Positions 19,881-29,061 of a stretch of DNA of 58,698 nt are shown piece by piece. This stretch comes from a virus (lineage: Duplodnaviria > Caudoviricetes). A program made the position numbers and the translations under genes. Position 1 is the stretch's first letter; the number at the start of each line of letters is the position of its first letter. Under the pieces are notes generated by a model, which did no database searches, was not told the origin of the DNA, and saw only the letters and a list, made by a program, of their open reading frames with translations. The stretch lies in the IMG/VR virus record IMGVR_UViG_3300029827_000002, positions 1-58,698 of that record, one strand, 5' to 3'.

Positions 19881-20254
19881 AATACGCCCCCTATTCCTGT
19901 CCTAAGATTAGATAAAAGTTTATCCTTCGCTAATCGATTAAATGGATCTCTTAAATAAAATCTTTTTCGACCATGTTGGAAATTTGCGTTTTTTTCATGC
20001 CATCTGATAGCGTAAGGAATTACAGGATATCCAGTAGAAGGACCGCCGCCAAAACAAGCACAACCAGCAGCTTTACCATCAGGAGACATTTTCGCTACTC
20101 CTGTATTTCTTAGCGTTCCTTCATTCAATGGAACTTCGCCTTTTCCTGCTTGAACTACAGCATCGCAAGTTTGAAAAACTGCCGCTCTTGCTGCTTGATT
20201 CATTATTCTTGTTAATTCACTGCCTCTCCAAATACTCCAACCACCTAAACCCAT
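19877..20254 (-). CDS. HK97 gp10-like neck protein
   Basis: VPLNEGTLRNTG, PYAIRWHE and FYLRDP motifs. Confidence 0.8.
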   Translation of the reverse strand: MGLGGWSIWRGSELTRIMNQAARAAVFQTCDAVVQAGKGEVPLNEGTLRNTGVAKMSPDGKAAGCACFGGGPSTGYPVIPYAIRWHEKNANFQHGRKRFYLRDPFNRLAKDKLLSNLRTGIGGVL

Positions 20255-20260
20255 AATAAT

Positions 20261-20605
20261 TCACCTCACCATAATTTCAAAATGATGTGTTTTTCCTGCT
20301 TGTAATGGATGATCAATAGGATCAATTTTTAATACTTCCATATTTGATCTTACTTGTGGGGATGTTTGATCAATTTGCCAATATGGATAATTTATATCAA
20401 TTCCACAATCATCTTTTAAAAAAACAATTGCAGTTGATAAGATTTTTTCACCTTTTTCATTGATTATTAAATTATTACCATATTGAACAAATCCCTTTAA
20501 GGTATTATCACTTGAAATAATCGAAAAATCGCCCGCAGCATTTCGTTGCATTTTTTTTAAAGTTATTGAATGATTCATCATTTTATTGAAAGCTGCTATA
20601 CTCAT
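20261..20605 (-). CDS. Head closure (stopper) protein
   Basis: Size, position, C-terminal HHFEIMV. Confidence 0.7.
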   Translation of the reverse strand: MSIAAFNKMMNHSITLKKMQRNAAGDFSIISSDNTLKGFVQYGNNLIINEKGEKILSTAIVFLKDDCGIDINYPYWQIDQTSPQVRSNMEVLKIDPIDHPLQAGKTHHFEIMVR

Positions 20606-21066
20606 TTTAAACCAACTCTTTTCTCAATTATTCCAGATGAAATTAAAATTGAATCAACATAACCCATTGACTCGGGAAGTTTTGATCCTGTTGAATTTTT
20701 CGATTTTGAAACACTAAATCGACCTAGTCTTAAATTATCTTGTGAATTTGGAGTATTACCACTATTAAATAATTCAGTTATCATTGAAGCTATCCATAAT
20801 TGTATTGCTTCTTTTTGCCCTGTAGTAACTTCTATCTTATAATTCGTGTTAGAAACATTAACATAATTATAATCATCAGATAACAAACAAGGTGATACAT
20901 ACCAAGTCGATTTACTTGTGTCAATCTTATATCCATTTTTGTAAATACCGTAATTACCTATTCTATCATCTAGCAGTTTTGAGGCAAGTCTTATCCTTAT
21001 TGTTGTTGCTTCGGACGAGTCTCGTCCTGTTAATGTTGCATATTCTGAACTTGTAATATATGCCAT
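20602..21066 (-). CDS. Head-tail adaptor
   Basis: MAYITSSEY...ASKLLD...LGRFSVS; start reassigned to ATG 21066 after GAGGTG. Confidence 0.75.
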   Translation of the reverse strand: MAYITSSEYATLTGRDSSEATTIRIRLASKLLDDRIGNYGIYKNGYKIDTSKSTWYVSPCLLSDDYNYVNVSNTNYKIEVTTGQKEAIQLWIASMITELFNSGNTPNSQDNLRLGRFSVSKSKNSTGSKLPESMGYVDSILISSGIIEKRVGLK

Positions 21067-21070
21067 TATG

Positions 21071-21271
21071 CTATGCCCACCTCTTCCACTGTCCAGTATT
21101 GTCTTTCTTATATCCAGCTTTCTCAACTGCCGCCCAAGCTGTTTGGTTTGCTCTTTTTTCATTGCTATTATATTCTTTAAATGCATTATTAAAAGCAGCT
21201 ACCCAAATTTTTTTCGCTTGTGCTGGCAATGCTTTAATTCTATCAGGATAATTATTTACAGTATAAGGCAT
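21071..21271 (-). CDS. chaB: ChaB-family protein
   Basis: MPY...LPAQAKKIWVAAFNNA...AWAAV...YKK...GQW signature. Confidence 0.85.
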   Translation of the reverse strand: MPYTVNNYPDRIKALPAQAKKIWVAAFNNAFKEYNSNEKRANQTAWAAVEKAGYKKDNTGQWKRWA

Positions 21272-21283
21272 TAAATCACCTCA

Positions 21284-21553
21284 TTAATTAATTCCTTTTT
21301 CATTTAAAGAAGTAATTAAATCTTCTCTTTTACCAACCGCAGGGAGATTATTATTTTTACAAATTTCTTGTAATTCTTTATAGGATTTCTTTTTTAATGG
21401 AACTTTTATTTCTGTTTTAATATGATATTTTACTGCATTTTGATTTAAATATGCAGTTGCATCAATCTGATCCATTTCAACTATATCACCTATTTTATAT
21501 AATTTCCCTTTATAATACCTTTTCTTAATAAATTCAACATTTGCCGTAAACAT
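21284..21553 (-). CDS. Small capsid-linked protein with C-terminal SAP/HeH domain
   Basis: LKKKSYKELQEICKNNNLPAVGKREDLITSL. Confidence 0.75.
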   Translation of the reverse strand: MFTANVEFIKKRYYKGKLYKIGDIVEMDQIDATAYLNQNAVKYHIKTEIKVPLKKKSYKELQEICKNNNLPAVGKREDLITSLNEKGIN

Positions 21554-21574
21554 GTTTTTATCACTTCCTAACTA

Positions 21575-22576
21575 TTAGCTTGCAGCTTCACCATACACAG
21601 AGAATGGATATCTTGTTTCTTCAATTTCATTTAGTCTATTGATTGGGTTTGGAACTTGCCATCCTAATCTCATAGATGCTCTTAAAGCAATCATATTTTG
21701 TTGGGCTAAATTAAACACAATTTCTTTTGTTGTCGGGTCTTGAATAACTGCTTCGGTCAGAATTGTCCACATGATATCTTTTCTAATTGCATACATTAAT
21801 TGTTTCCATTCTCCTGCAATTATTAATGATCTACTTGGAATTATAGCTCCATTTCTAGGAAATACGCAAGGCTCGCCATCAAGATAATAAGTTGTACTAC
21901 CTTGAACACCTTCTTTGTTTAAAGATTTAAAGATTGGGATTCCATCTGTGGCTCTTAATGATCTAAATTTTGATCTCATTGTCATACTACAAACATGACC
22001 GTCAACCATGAATCCATCTTCTTCAACTTTAGAGATTAAACCGCCATCCCCCATAATATCTTCGTATACATCACTTTTATTGGTATTTGGATTTATGATA
22101 CTTCCTTTAGCTACAAAATTTCCGGCAGCAGTTGCCGCAGTAACTATATTGTCAGGCCATATTCTTGGGGCATTAATTCCATAAAATACTGCTTGATCAA
22201 AAGCAATGCCGAAAGCTTCTATTAATTTAGGCTTACTTTCTGCCCAAATATCATAATCGGCATCATCTAGTACAGCTATTGGAATCGGAACAATTACGTT
22301 TAATTCCTCTGCGTCAATGTATTTGTTTTCCCACATCAATTTTGAAAGTCTTTTCCATTGTTCATCTTCTGTTTTAGAAGATGGCCCAGGATTTGAAAAA
22401 TATGCAGTCGGCAAGACTGATAAACAAGGAATTCTTTTTTGAGCCCTTGACATATTTGGACCTCTTCTTGCATATGTCATAACCGCAGAATTCTCGGGAA
22501 CACTTTGAACTATTTCACGTTGTACATCTTCAGGCATAAGAGCTTCGACACCAGCTCTTGGAATATAAGTTGCCAT
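21575..22576 (-). CDS. Major capsid protein (HK97 fold)
   Basis: ALMPEDVQREI, AEELNVIVPI, AFDQAVFYG and NLAQQNMIALR motifs. Confidence 0.95.
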   Translation of the reverse strand: MATYIPRAGVEALMPEDVQREIVQSVPENSAVMTYARRGPNMSRAQKRIPCLSVLPTAYFSNPGPSSKTEDEQWKRLSKLMWENKYIDAEELNVIVPIPIAVLDDADYDIWAESKPKLIEAFGIAFDQAVFYGINAPRIWPDNIVTAATAAGNFVAKGSIINPNTNKSDVYEDIMGDGGLISKVEEDGFMVDGHVCSMTMRSKFRSLRATDGIPIFKSLNKEGVQGSTTYYLDGEPCVFPRNGAIIPSRSLIIAGEWKQLMYAIRKDIMWTILTEAVIQDPTTKEIVFNLAQQNMIALRASMRLGWQVPNPINRLNEIEETRYPFSVYGEAAS

Positions 22577-22606
22577 GAAACTTCCTCCTTATATCCCTAA
22601 AACTAC

Positions 22607-23308
22607 TTAATCCATATATCCAGCTTTTCTTCTTATCAAATAATTCATATCTACACTATTTCCATTTGGTTTATTTGATCCAGCGTTTTGATCATCTCCA
22701 CCAGATTGAGGGTCTTGATTATTACTATCATTATTACCAGAATCTAATAAATAAGGTTTGTCTTTAATTAATGCTTTCAATGAATTTTCAATACCAAGAA
22801 CTTTTCCATTATCGTCAATGGATACATCATCTTTATCCATTAAAATAAAAGCAGCTTCAGGGTCTCTAATTTTTAATTTACTTGCAATGCTAATGACTTT
22901 AGATTGAATTAAAAACTGATTTGATCTGTTTGTTGCTTCAATCAATTTTTTGTCACTTTCTTCTTTTTCTAATTTAAGTCTTTCAAGCTCACTTAAACTT
23001 TCTTTTTTCTTTTCGGCTTCAAGTTCTTCTCTAGTTTTCTTAATAGCTTTATTAATTCTGTTTTTCAAAAGATTGTCAAATTCTGCTTGTGACTTAAAAA
23101 TAACTTGTCCACTTGAATTATTTCCATCTTCTCCATTTCCGTCATTTCCATTTTCACTATTTGAATTTTCACCATTTGTGTTATCTTGATTTTCGCTATT
23201 TTCATTTTCTCCATTTTCACCTTCTGGAATGCTCAACACTGGAACTATTGGAAATAAAAAACTAGTAAACAATATTTTCTTAAATCTTTTGAATTTTCTT
23301 AAAATCAT
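22607..23308 (-). CDS. Capsid scaffolding protein
   Basis: Acidic low-complexity N-terminus, FKSQAEFD, coiled coil, LIKDKPYL; directly upstream of the capsid gene. Confidence 0.85.
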   Translation of the reverse strand: MILRKFKRFKKILFTSFLFPIVPVLSIPEGENGENENSENQDNTNGENSNSENGNDGNGEDGNNSSGQVIFKSQAEFDNLLKNRINKAIKKTREELEAEKKKESLSELERLKLEKEESDKKLIEATNRSNQFLIQSKVISIASKLKIRDPEAAFILMDKDDVSIDDNGKVLGIENSLKALIKDKPYLLDSGNNDSNNQDPQSGGDDQNAGSNKPNGNSVDMNYLIRRKAGYMD

Positions 23309-23315
23309 AACTCCT

Positions 23316-23362
23316 CCGATTTATAGTCTGTCGACTTTATATTCCGTTTACGCCCGTCGGCT
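23316..23362 (-). promoter_or_regulatory. Tandem GC-rich leader motif abutting the scaffold RBS
   Basis: GCC-GACG-GGC-GTAAA-CGG and GTC-GACA-GAC-TATAAAT-CGG(AGGAG), with a compensatory stem change between units. Confidence 0.55.
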
Positions 23363-23471
23363 AATTCAATTATATCCTACATGACAAAAAAAAACAAACA
23401 TGTTATATTTATTCTACGTAGAATAAAAAACATGATTGTTTGTTATTTTTATGTGTATTTAATTGACGTTT

Positions 23472-23789
23472 TTATATAATATTTCTTTTATTTTGAAATA
23501 TTATTCCTAATCTTTTCCATTTTTCAAACATTTCTAATTTAATAAAATTTTTGTTTTGATATGCAAAAGCATAAGTATAAAAGTTTGTTCGATCACAAAA
23601 ATTATATAAATCATTAAAGTCATATAAAAAACTATATATTTTATTAGTATTCTTATTGACTATATGATCTAAAATATATTCTATAAGATATCTTTGATTA
23701 TCATATATTTTTACTTTTATATTTCGATAATTGATCTCTAAATATCTTTTATCATCTTCTAATAAATAAATTTTTTTAGATAGTTTCAT
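23472..23789 (-). CDS. Hypothetical protein
   Basis: Coupled to primase; GAGG RBS. Confidence 0.55.
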   Translation of the reverse strand: MKLSKKIYLLEDDKRYLEINYRNIKVKIYDNQRYLIEYILDHIVNKNTNKIYSFLYDFNDLYNFCDRTNFYTYAFAYQNKNFIKLEMFEKWKRLGIIFQNKRNII

Positions 23790-24896
23790 TTAATTATTCC
23801 CTCTTTTTTCTATAAATTTTATAGCTTTGTAAATTTCTTCTCTGAATAAAGCTGCATTATTCATATAGAATTCATTTACATCTTTATATTTATTCAATTT
23901 TAAAATTATGCTTTTTAATCCAAGAGTCCTTAAACCTTCATCAAGCGATTCCCTAGCTATTTCAGAAGGCATTTTTTTATTCGGCTTTTCTGGATTTCTT
24001 TGATCATTATCAAAGCAAATAAAGAATTTTACATTGTTTTCTTTTAATTGATCAATAAATTCTTTAATAATATCTAAGAATTTATTAACCATTGTTATAG
24101 AATTCAAGGCTATTCCTTTACAATCGATACATTCAAACGATAATGCATCGAAAATGCCTTCTGTTATAAAAAATATGTCATTCTTCTGTGAATGCCTAAT
24201 ATAACCAGCATTCCAAATTTTTAAAGGAAGTCCTTTTAGGTTTAAAGTCTTTTTATTTTTTTTATTTAAATAGTCATCCCTTCTTAGGATGACATTTACT
24301 ACTTTTTTATTTTCCCAAACAGGAATTATGTTTTGATAACTCCACAAATTATATACTTGTGGTAATAATTCTTTTGGAAAAATCTTTCTTGGATCATCAC
24401 AAATTATTTTATAATGTTTTAAGATATTATCATTTTTAATGTTTCTTCTATAAAAATAATAATATCTTTTTGATAAAGAGAAATATTGTAGTATAATATC
24501 AGTTAGATTATGATTAACATTTTTAAATTCTTTTTCTTTAGTAGATTCATTGTTTTTATTGCTTTTTTCTTTAGTTTTATAGGTATAATTAATAGTAGGG
24601 TTTTGACACCCTACTATTTCAATGCCTTTTTCTATTATTAAAGTGAAATCTTTTTTAATGTTATAACCTTCTAATTCAGCTATAACATTAAATGCATCAC
24701 CTTTAATGCCACAATGACAACAACAAACGTTACCATTTATTGATAGATCATTGTCTGGTTTATTATGTCTATAAGGAATACATTGCCAATTATATTTTCC
24801 TTCTTTTGCTCCATAATAAGTCAATATTTTTTCCAAATTATTTCTTATCAAATCCTTTTGAGTTTCAGTATAAATTTTTTTAGTTTCAGTTTTCAT
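23790..24896 (-). CDS. DNA primase (Zn finger + TOPRIM)
   Basis: CIPYRH...CHCGIKGD, FITEGIFDALS, CFDND and KDVNE motifs. Confidence 0.9.
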   Translation of the reverse strand: MKTETKKIYTETQKDLIRNNLEKILTYYGAKEGKYNWQCIPYRHNKPDNDLSINGNVCCCHCGIKGDAFNVIAELEGYNIKKDFTLIIEKGIEIVGCQNPTINYTYKTKEKSNKNNESTKEKEFKNVNHNLTDIILQYFSLSKRYYYFYRRNIKNDNILKHYKIICDDPRKIFPKELLPQVYNLWSYQNIIPVWENKKVVNVILRRDDYLNKKNKKTLNLKGLPLKIWNAGYIRHSQKNDIFFITEGIFDALSFECIDCKGIALNSITMVNKFLDIIKEFIDQLKENNVKFFICFDNDQRNPEKPNKKMPSEIARESLDEGLRTLGLKSIILKLNKYKDVNEFYMNNAALFREEIYKAIKFIEKRGNN

Positions 24897-24907
24897 GATA
24901 TATTCTC

Positions 24908-25546
24908 CTAATCTTCATTTAATTTTATTTGTATTTCTGGATTACTTAGACAAACTCCATCAAAAAGTAATCCATCATCATTGCTAATCGAACCATCTTC
25001 GCAAATATAAAGATGATCTTTTAATAGATTAAATAATATTTTTTTATTAGTATCAATATAGTCTTTTTCTAATTTATTTCTGATCAAAAAATTATATAAT
25101 CTTTCTTCATCAGATATTATAATTTCTTGTTTCTTAAAATATATTTTTGCCGATGGTAGAGAATAAATTAAATAACCATTTTTAGATAAAATAGTATTTT
25201 CATTAATTACTTTATTAGTAATAGTTTCGAAGAGTAAAGCCCAAATTTCATGTTTTAAAAATTCTTCTTTATCTCTACCTTCTTCAGCTATTTCATTTAT
25301 ATATCTTTCATTTTGTTTTATCATTTCTTCACAAGTTCTTAAATATAAACTTGCTCTAATCTCCATAACTGCATTACTAGAATTGCTATATTTAGTAAAT
25401 TTTCTAATATTATTGTTATACATTTTTATTCTATAATCATAAAGATTTTTTCTTTTTTTAAACTTATATAATTCACTTTTATAATCCAATATCATTTCTT
25501 CAATTGTTACGTTTAAAGCTATTTGTTCATTTGAAATCATTATCAT
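24908..25546 (-). CDS. Mu Gam-like host-nuclease inhibitor
   Basis: Long N-terminal coiled coil, then LPSAKIYFKK...DEERL...DYI...LLK. Confidence 0.6.
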   Translation of the reverse strand: MIMISNEQIALNVTIEEMILDYKSELYKFKKRKNLYDYRIKMYNNNIRKFTKYSNSSNAVMEIRASLYLRTCEEMIKQNERYINEIAEEGRDKEEFLKHEIWALLFETITNKVINENTILSKNGYLIYSLPSAKIYFKKQEIIISDEERLYNFLIRNKLEKDYIDTNKKILFNLLKDHLYICEDGSISNDDGLLFDGVCLSNPEIQIKLNED

Positions 25547-25593
25547 ACCTCCATTATATTTAATTCTATCGAATTCGAGCTAATAAGAAGAGT

Positions 25594-25654
25594 ATAACAT
25601 AAATACAACATAAACGCAACATTTTATATTGTATTTATGTTGTATTTATGTTAT
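25594..25654. promoter_or_regulatory. 21-bp perfect inverted repeat (operator) in divergent promoter region
   Basis: ATAACATAAATACAACATAAA (25594-25614) and its reverse complement (25634-25654); overlaps TTGTAT-17-TATTAT. Confidence 0.75.
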
Positions 25655-25689
25655 TATAGAATAAATCAATTAAAAAGGAGCTTTAACTT

Positions 25690-25905
25690 ATGAGAGACGA
25701 AAAAAAAATATATTGTGCAGCTAAAAATTGTGGAAAAGAAATAAATAATAAGATATTATGCGGCGATCCTTCTTTTTATTGTACTAATTGTAAATTACAT
25801 TTTCACAGCGGTTGTTTGGATATTCGCTATGAAAAAACCGATAATTTTTTTACTACAATGGCGAATGTTGGTTATTGCCCAATTTGTAGTAAAAAATTGG
25901 GATGA
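25690..25905 (+). CDS. Small Cys/His-rich Zn-finger protein
   Basis: CxxxxC...CxxC...HxxC...CxxC pattern; AAGGAG RBS. Confidence 0.7.
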   Translation: MRDEKKIYCAAKNCGKEINNKILCGDPSFYCTNCKLHFHSGCLDIRYEKTDNFFTTMANVGYCPICSKKLG

Positions 25906-25914
25906 GGTGAAAAG

Positions 25915-26079
25915 TTGAATAATAAAAAAGAGAAAAAAACATATATACATTTTTGCATAGATAAAAAATTTAAAGAAGAGATTGAAATTCTAGCAAAAAA
26001 TAAAGGGTTACCGACTGCAAGCTATATAAAAATGATATTAAAAGAAAAAATACAAGAACATAAAAATAAAAAAGGGTAA
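25915..26079 (+). CDS. Ribbon-helix-helix (CopG-like) protein, 54 aa
   Basis: Manual translation TYIHFCIDKKFKEEIEILAKNKGLPTASYIKMILKE; GAGGTG RBS with TTG start. Confidence 0.7.
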   Translation: MNNKKEKKTYIHFCIDKKFKEEIEILAKNKGLPTASYIKMILKEKIQEHKNKKG

Positions 26080-26146
26080 TATTAACCCTTTTTTATTTTG
26101 TATTATTATTTTTAAGGAAAAAAGAGGTCATCATCACTCTTTTTTT
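26066..26146. terminator. Two hairpins between convergent units
   Basis: AAAAAAGGGT...ACCCTTTTTT and AAAAAAGAG...CTCTTTTTT. Confidence 0.65.
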
Positions 26147-26215
26147 ACGTGCAGTTTAAAAAATAAAAATCATAGGCAACACAATTTTTTTTATTTTTAA
26201 TGTTTTTATTCTATC

Positions 26216-26482
26216 TTATTTATATAATTTGTCAATATATATCTGTTTATATTGTCTTATTATATTATTATTAGGAGGTAGATAAATAATTAATAAATCT
26301 ATTTGTTTAGAATTTAGATTAAAAAATTCCAAAGGTCTTCCTCCCTTAGTACCTTTGCCATATCTTAATATACAAGAATTCATATTACCAAATTGTGTAA
26401 AATCATTTTTATATTTTTTTAAATATCTTATTATTGCTTTATGAGATATTTTTAATTTCTCTGATAATTCAATACTAGTCAT
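26216..26482 (-). CDS. Rha-family regulatory protein
   Basis: MTSIELSE...HKAIIR...GGRPLEFFNLNSKQIDLLI. Confidence 0.75.
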   Translation of the reverse strand: MTSIELSEKLKISHKAIIRYLKKYKNDFTQFGNMNSCILRYGKGTKGGRPLEFFNLNSKQIDLLIIYLPPNNNIIRQYKQIYIDKLYK

Positions 26483-27612
26483 TATATTTTTAACCTGTTA
26501 GCTAATTCTAATATTTGTTTTGCTGCGGTTTTACCTGCTTTACCCCTTAAGTCGGTTGGATAAATTTCTTCTATAAATTCTTTTTCTAAATCTTTCATTC
26601 CATCAGATAAAGCAATATCAAATAATTTAATCATGTTTTTTATATCTTTTGCATGATAACCAATTTTTTTAGAATAAATTTGATATTCAAAATTTGCTGG
26701 ATCAGATTTAAAATGATTCATTGTATCTTTTGCACAAATCCAATCAGGAAAAATTACAGGCTTGCCTAATATCCATGCTTCGTATAAAGTTGATCCTGCA
26801 TCTGCGATAACAATATCGGCTTCTAATAATTCATTTGTTGTCGGTAATTGTTTCTTTTTATTATGCATTTTACTTGTTGGATGTAAGCTTGTTACTAAAT
26901 CATAATCTTTTGGAATTTGATCTAAATATCTTAAAAATGCTGGATAACTTGATCTCCCTTTATTTTTCGAATGATATCCATGAGTAGGAGCCCATAGAAT
27001 TTTAGGTTTTAAATTCTTTTTAATTGAATTCTTATTAATATTAATTAATGGATCTAATTTAGTATATCCACAGATAAATATTTCTCCCTTATATCCAGTA
27101 TTTCTCATTCTATTTTCCCATGCTGGGCCCGAAACAAAAGCATATTTATAATCCTTAATTTTATCTCCTTTCCAATAATTTTTATCACCTATTCCATGTG
27201 AAAAGAAAATATCATTTGGGCCAACTGGAGCTTTACCCTGTTCGTTAATTCTAGCAGAATTAAAAAATCTAATATTCATTCTTGTTAGTGGAATTTTTGA
27301 ATATCCAATATCTTTTTTGGGAAGATGTTTCATTATTGGATTTGATAAAGCCTCTATTGCATGAATGTAGGCTTCGCCTGCATGTTGGCTCATGTTATCG
27401 TAAACAAAATTTATTTTGTTTCCTTTTTTAAGACCATGTCTTTTCATATATGCTTGATTATCGAGCTTTCCTACCCTTAATCCTCTATTACTTCTTATTT
27501 CTCTAAATATCTCGTTTGAATCGACTCTAATCGTAATCTCTTCAAAAGGTTCAAATCTATATTTCCCAATTATTATTGTATAATGAACTCTATTTAAAAT
27601 ATTTACTAACAT
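26482..27612 (-). CDS. CDP-glycerol/ribitol phosphotransferase (TagB/TagF family)-like protein
   Basis: SHG, GYTKLD, ILWAPT, LHP and ADIVIADAGSTLYEA...KPVIF motifs. Confidence 0.85.
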   Translation of the reverse strand: MLVNILNRVHYTIIIGKYRFEPFEEITIRVDSNEIFREIRSNRGLRVGKLDNQAYMKRHGLKKGNKINFVYDNMSQHAGEAYIHAIEALSNPIMKHLPKKDIGYSKIPLTRMNIRFFNSARINEQGKAPVGPNDIFFSHGIGDKNYWKGDKIKDYKYAFVSGPAWENRMRNTGYKGEIFICGYTKLDPLININKNSIKKNLKPKILWAPTHGYHSKNKGRSSYPAFLRYLDQIPKDYDLVTSLHPTSKMHNKKKQLPTTNELLEADIVIADAGSTLYEAWILGKPVIFPDWICAKDTMNHFKSDPANFEYQIYSKKIGYHAKDIKNMIKLFDIALSDGMKDLEKEFIEEIYPTDLRGKAGKTAAKQILELANRLKI

Positions 27613-28265
27613 TATTTTTTTACCTCCAATATTTGTCCATTAAGCAAATTATCACTTTCTATCAAATTACAAATAAATTTGCCTATTTCATGAGGTTGAA
27701 GCATATTTTTAAAATCATCATCGGGCTCTAATTCATGTCTCATATCTGTATTGACTGCCCCAGGGCAAACAATATATATTTTTATTCCATATGGTTTTAA
27801 TTCTTCTGACATTGATAAACTAAAATTAATTAAAGCTGCTTTTGTTGCTGCATAAATTGACCTACCTGGCCTTGCTCCTAAGCCAGCAGTTGAAGCAATA
27901 TTAATTATTTTACCTTCTATCTTTTTATTAATGCAAAATTTTACATATTGTTTAGTACAATTAAAAACTGCATTAAAATTAACATTAAATTGTTTATTAA
28001 TTGATTTAATACTAGTTTCAAAAATACTTCCTTGTTCTGCAATTCCAGCATTATTAATAAGTGCAATTGGATAATATTTCTTATCTTCTTTATTAAAATC
28101 ATCAAAATTTTTTATAAATTCTTCAAATTTTTTAAAATTTGTTATATCAAAATCGCTCCATCTTGAAATTGGATAATAAAGATTTTCTTTGCTTCTATAA
28201 CACCATTCTTTAGCAATTGCAGCCCCAATTCCTCTACTACTACCAGTTATTATAATATTACTCAA
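27612..28265 (-). CDS. SDR oxidoreductase (probable ribulose-5-P reductase partner of IspD/TarI)
   Basis: TGSSRGIG, NNAG, S...YAATK motifs. Confidence 0.9.
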   Translation of the reverse strand: MSNIIITGSSRGIGAAIAKEWCYRSKENLYYPISRWSDFDITNFKKFEEFIKNFDDFNKEDKKYYPIALINNAGIAEQGSIFETSIKSINKQFNVNFNAVFNCTKQYVKFCINKKIEGKIINIASTAGLGARPGRSIYAATKAALINFSLSMSEELKPYGIKIYIVCPGAVNTDMRHELEPDDDFKNMLQPHEIGKFICNLIESDNLLNGQILEVKK

Positions 28266-28941
28266 TTTTATTACCCTCCTTATAATTTAAGATTGCCTCG
28301 GCAATTTTAAGATCAATAGGATAAGTAATTTTAATATTTTCTCTTTCACCATGAAAAATTATTTTTCTTTTAAAAGGAATTTCGCCAGATATTTCTTGAA
28401 ACTTATAAATTAAGTCCATATCATCCGTAGAATTTTGAGAAATCATATTTGTATGGACTTTATAAAGCTTTTGATTATCATATTTTTGTGGCATTTGAAC
28501 ACACCCAAAATCATTTCTATCATAAGAATTTCCTAATATATCAATTACACTGGCACTTGATAAGTCTATAGGTACTACACAATCGCCATCAGCTTCTATA
28601 ACTTTTTTTATTAAATTTATCGACATAAAAGGTCTTACAGCTTCACAAATTAGCAAATTTTTTGTCTTGACATGTTCTAAGCCATTATAAACTGATTGCT
28701 GTCTAGTTTCCCCAGCTTCACATATATATCTATTTTCAATATTATATTCATTTAAAAATCTTATTACATTGGAATTATCTAAATCACTTGGAATTATAAT
28801 TGTTCCAATATCTTCAATCTTTCTTAAGGTTTCTAATCCATATATAAAAATAGGTTTTCCTTTTAGTCTAGCAAATTGTTTAGGATATCCTAATTCAGCT
28901 CTTTTTCCCTTTCCTCCTGTAAGATAGATTACATCAATCAT
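28258..28941 (-). CDS. IspD/TarI-family polyol-phosphate cytidylyltransferase
   Basis: LTGGKGKR...PKQF, GETRQQSVYNGL, EAVRPF, QMPQ and NIKITYPIDL motifs. Confidence 0.9.
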   Translation of the reverse strand: MIDVIYLTGGKGKRAELGYPKQFARLKGKPIFIYGLETLRKIEDIGTIIIPSDLDNSNVIRFLNEYNIENRYICEAGETRQQSVYNGLEHVKTKNLLICEAVRPFMSINLIKKVIEADGDCVVPIDLSSASVIDILGNSYDRNDFGCVQMPQKYDNQKLYKVHTNMISQNSTDDMDLIYKFQEISGEIPFKRKIIFHGERENIKITYPIDLKIAEAILNYKEGNKIE

Positions 28942-29061
28942 ATTTTTACTCCTTTTCTTTTTTCCAAAATTTTTCTATTAATTCCTTATTATCAATTAAT
29001 ACTTGATATAAAGATGATTCTAAAATAGATATAATTTTATATTCTATGCCACCAATTTTAA

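Noticed and set aside
21067-21186. Extended start of the head-tail adaptor overlapping chaB
   Set aside because: The RBS and typical MAY start favour 21066.
28258-28941. MEP isoprenoid pathway gene (ispD) as an auxiliary metabolic gene
   Set aside because: The neighbouring SDR and TagF-like genes point to CDP-polyol synthesis; no other MEP genes are present.
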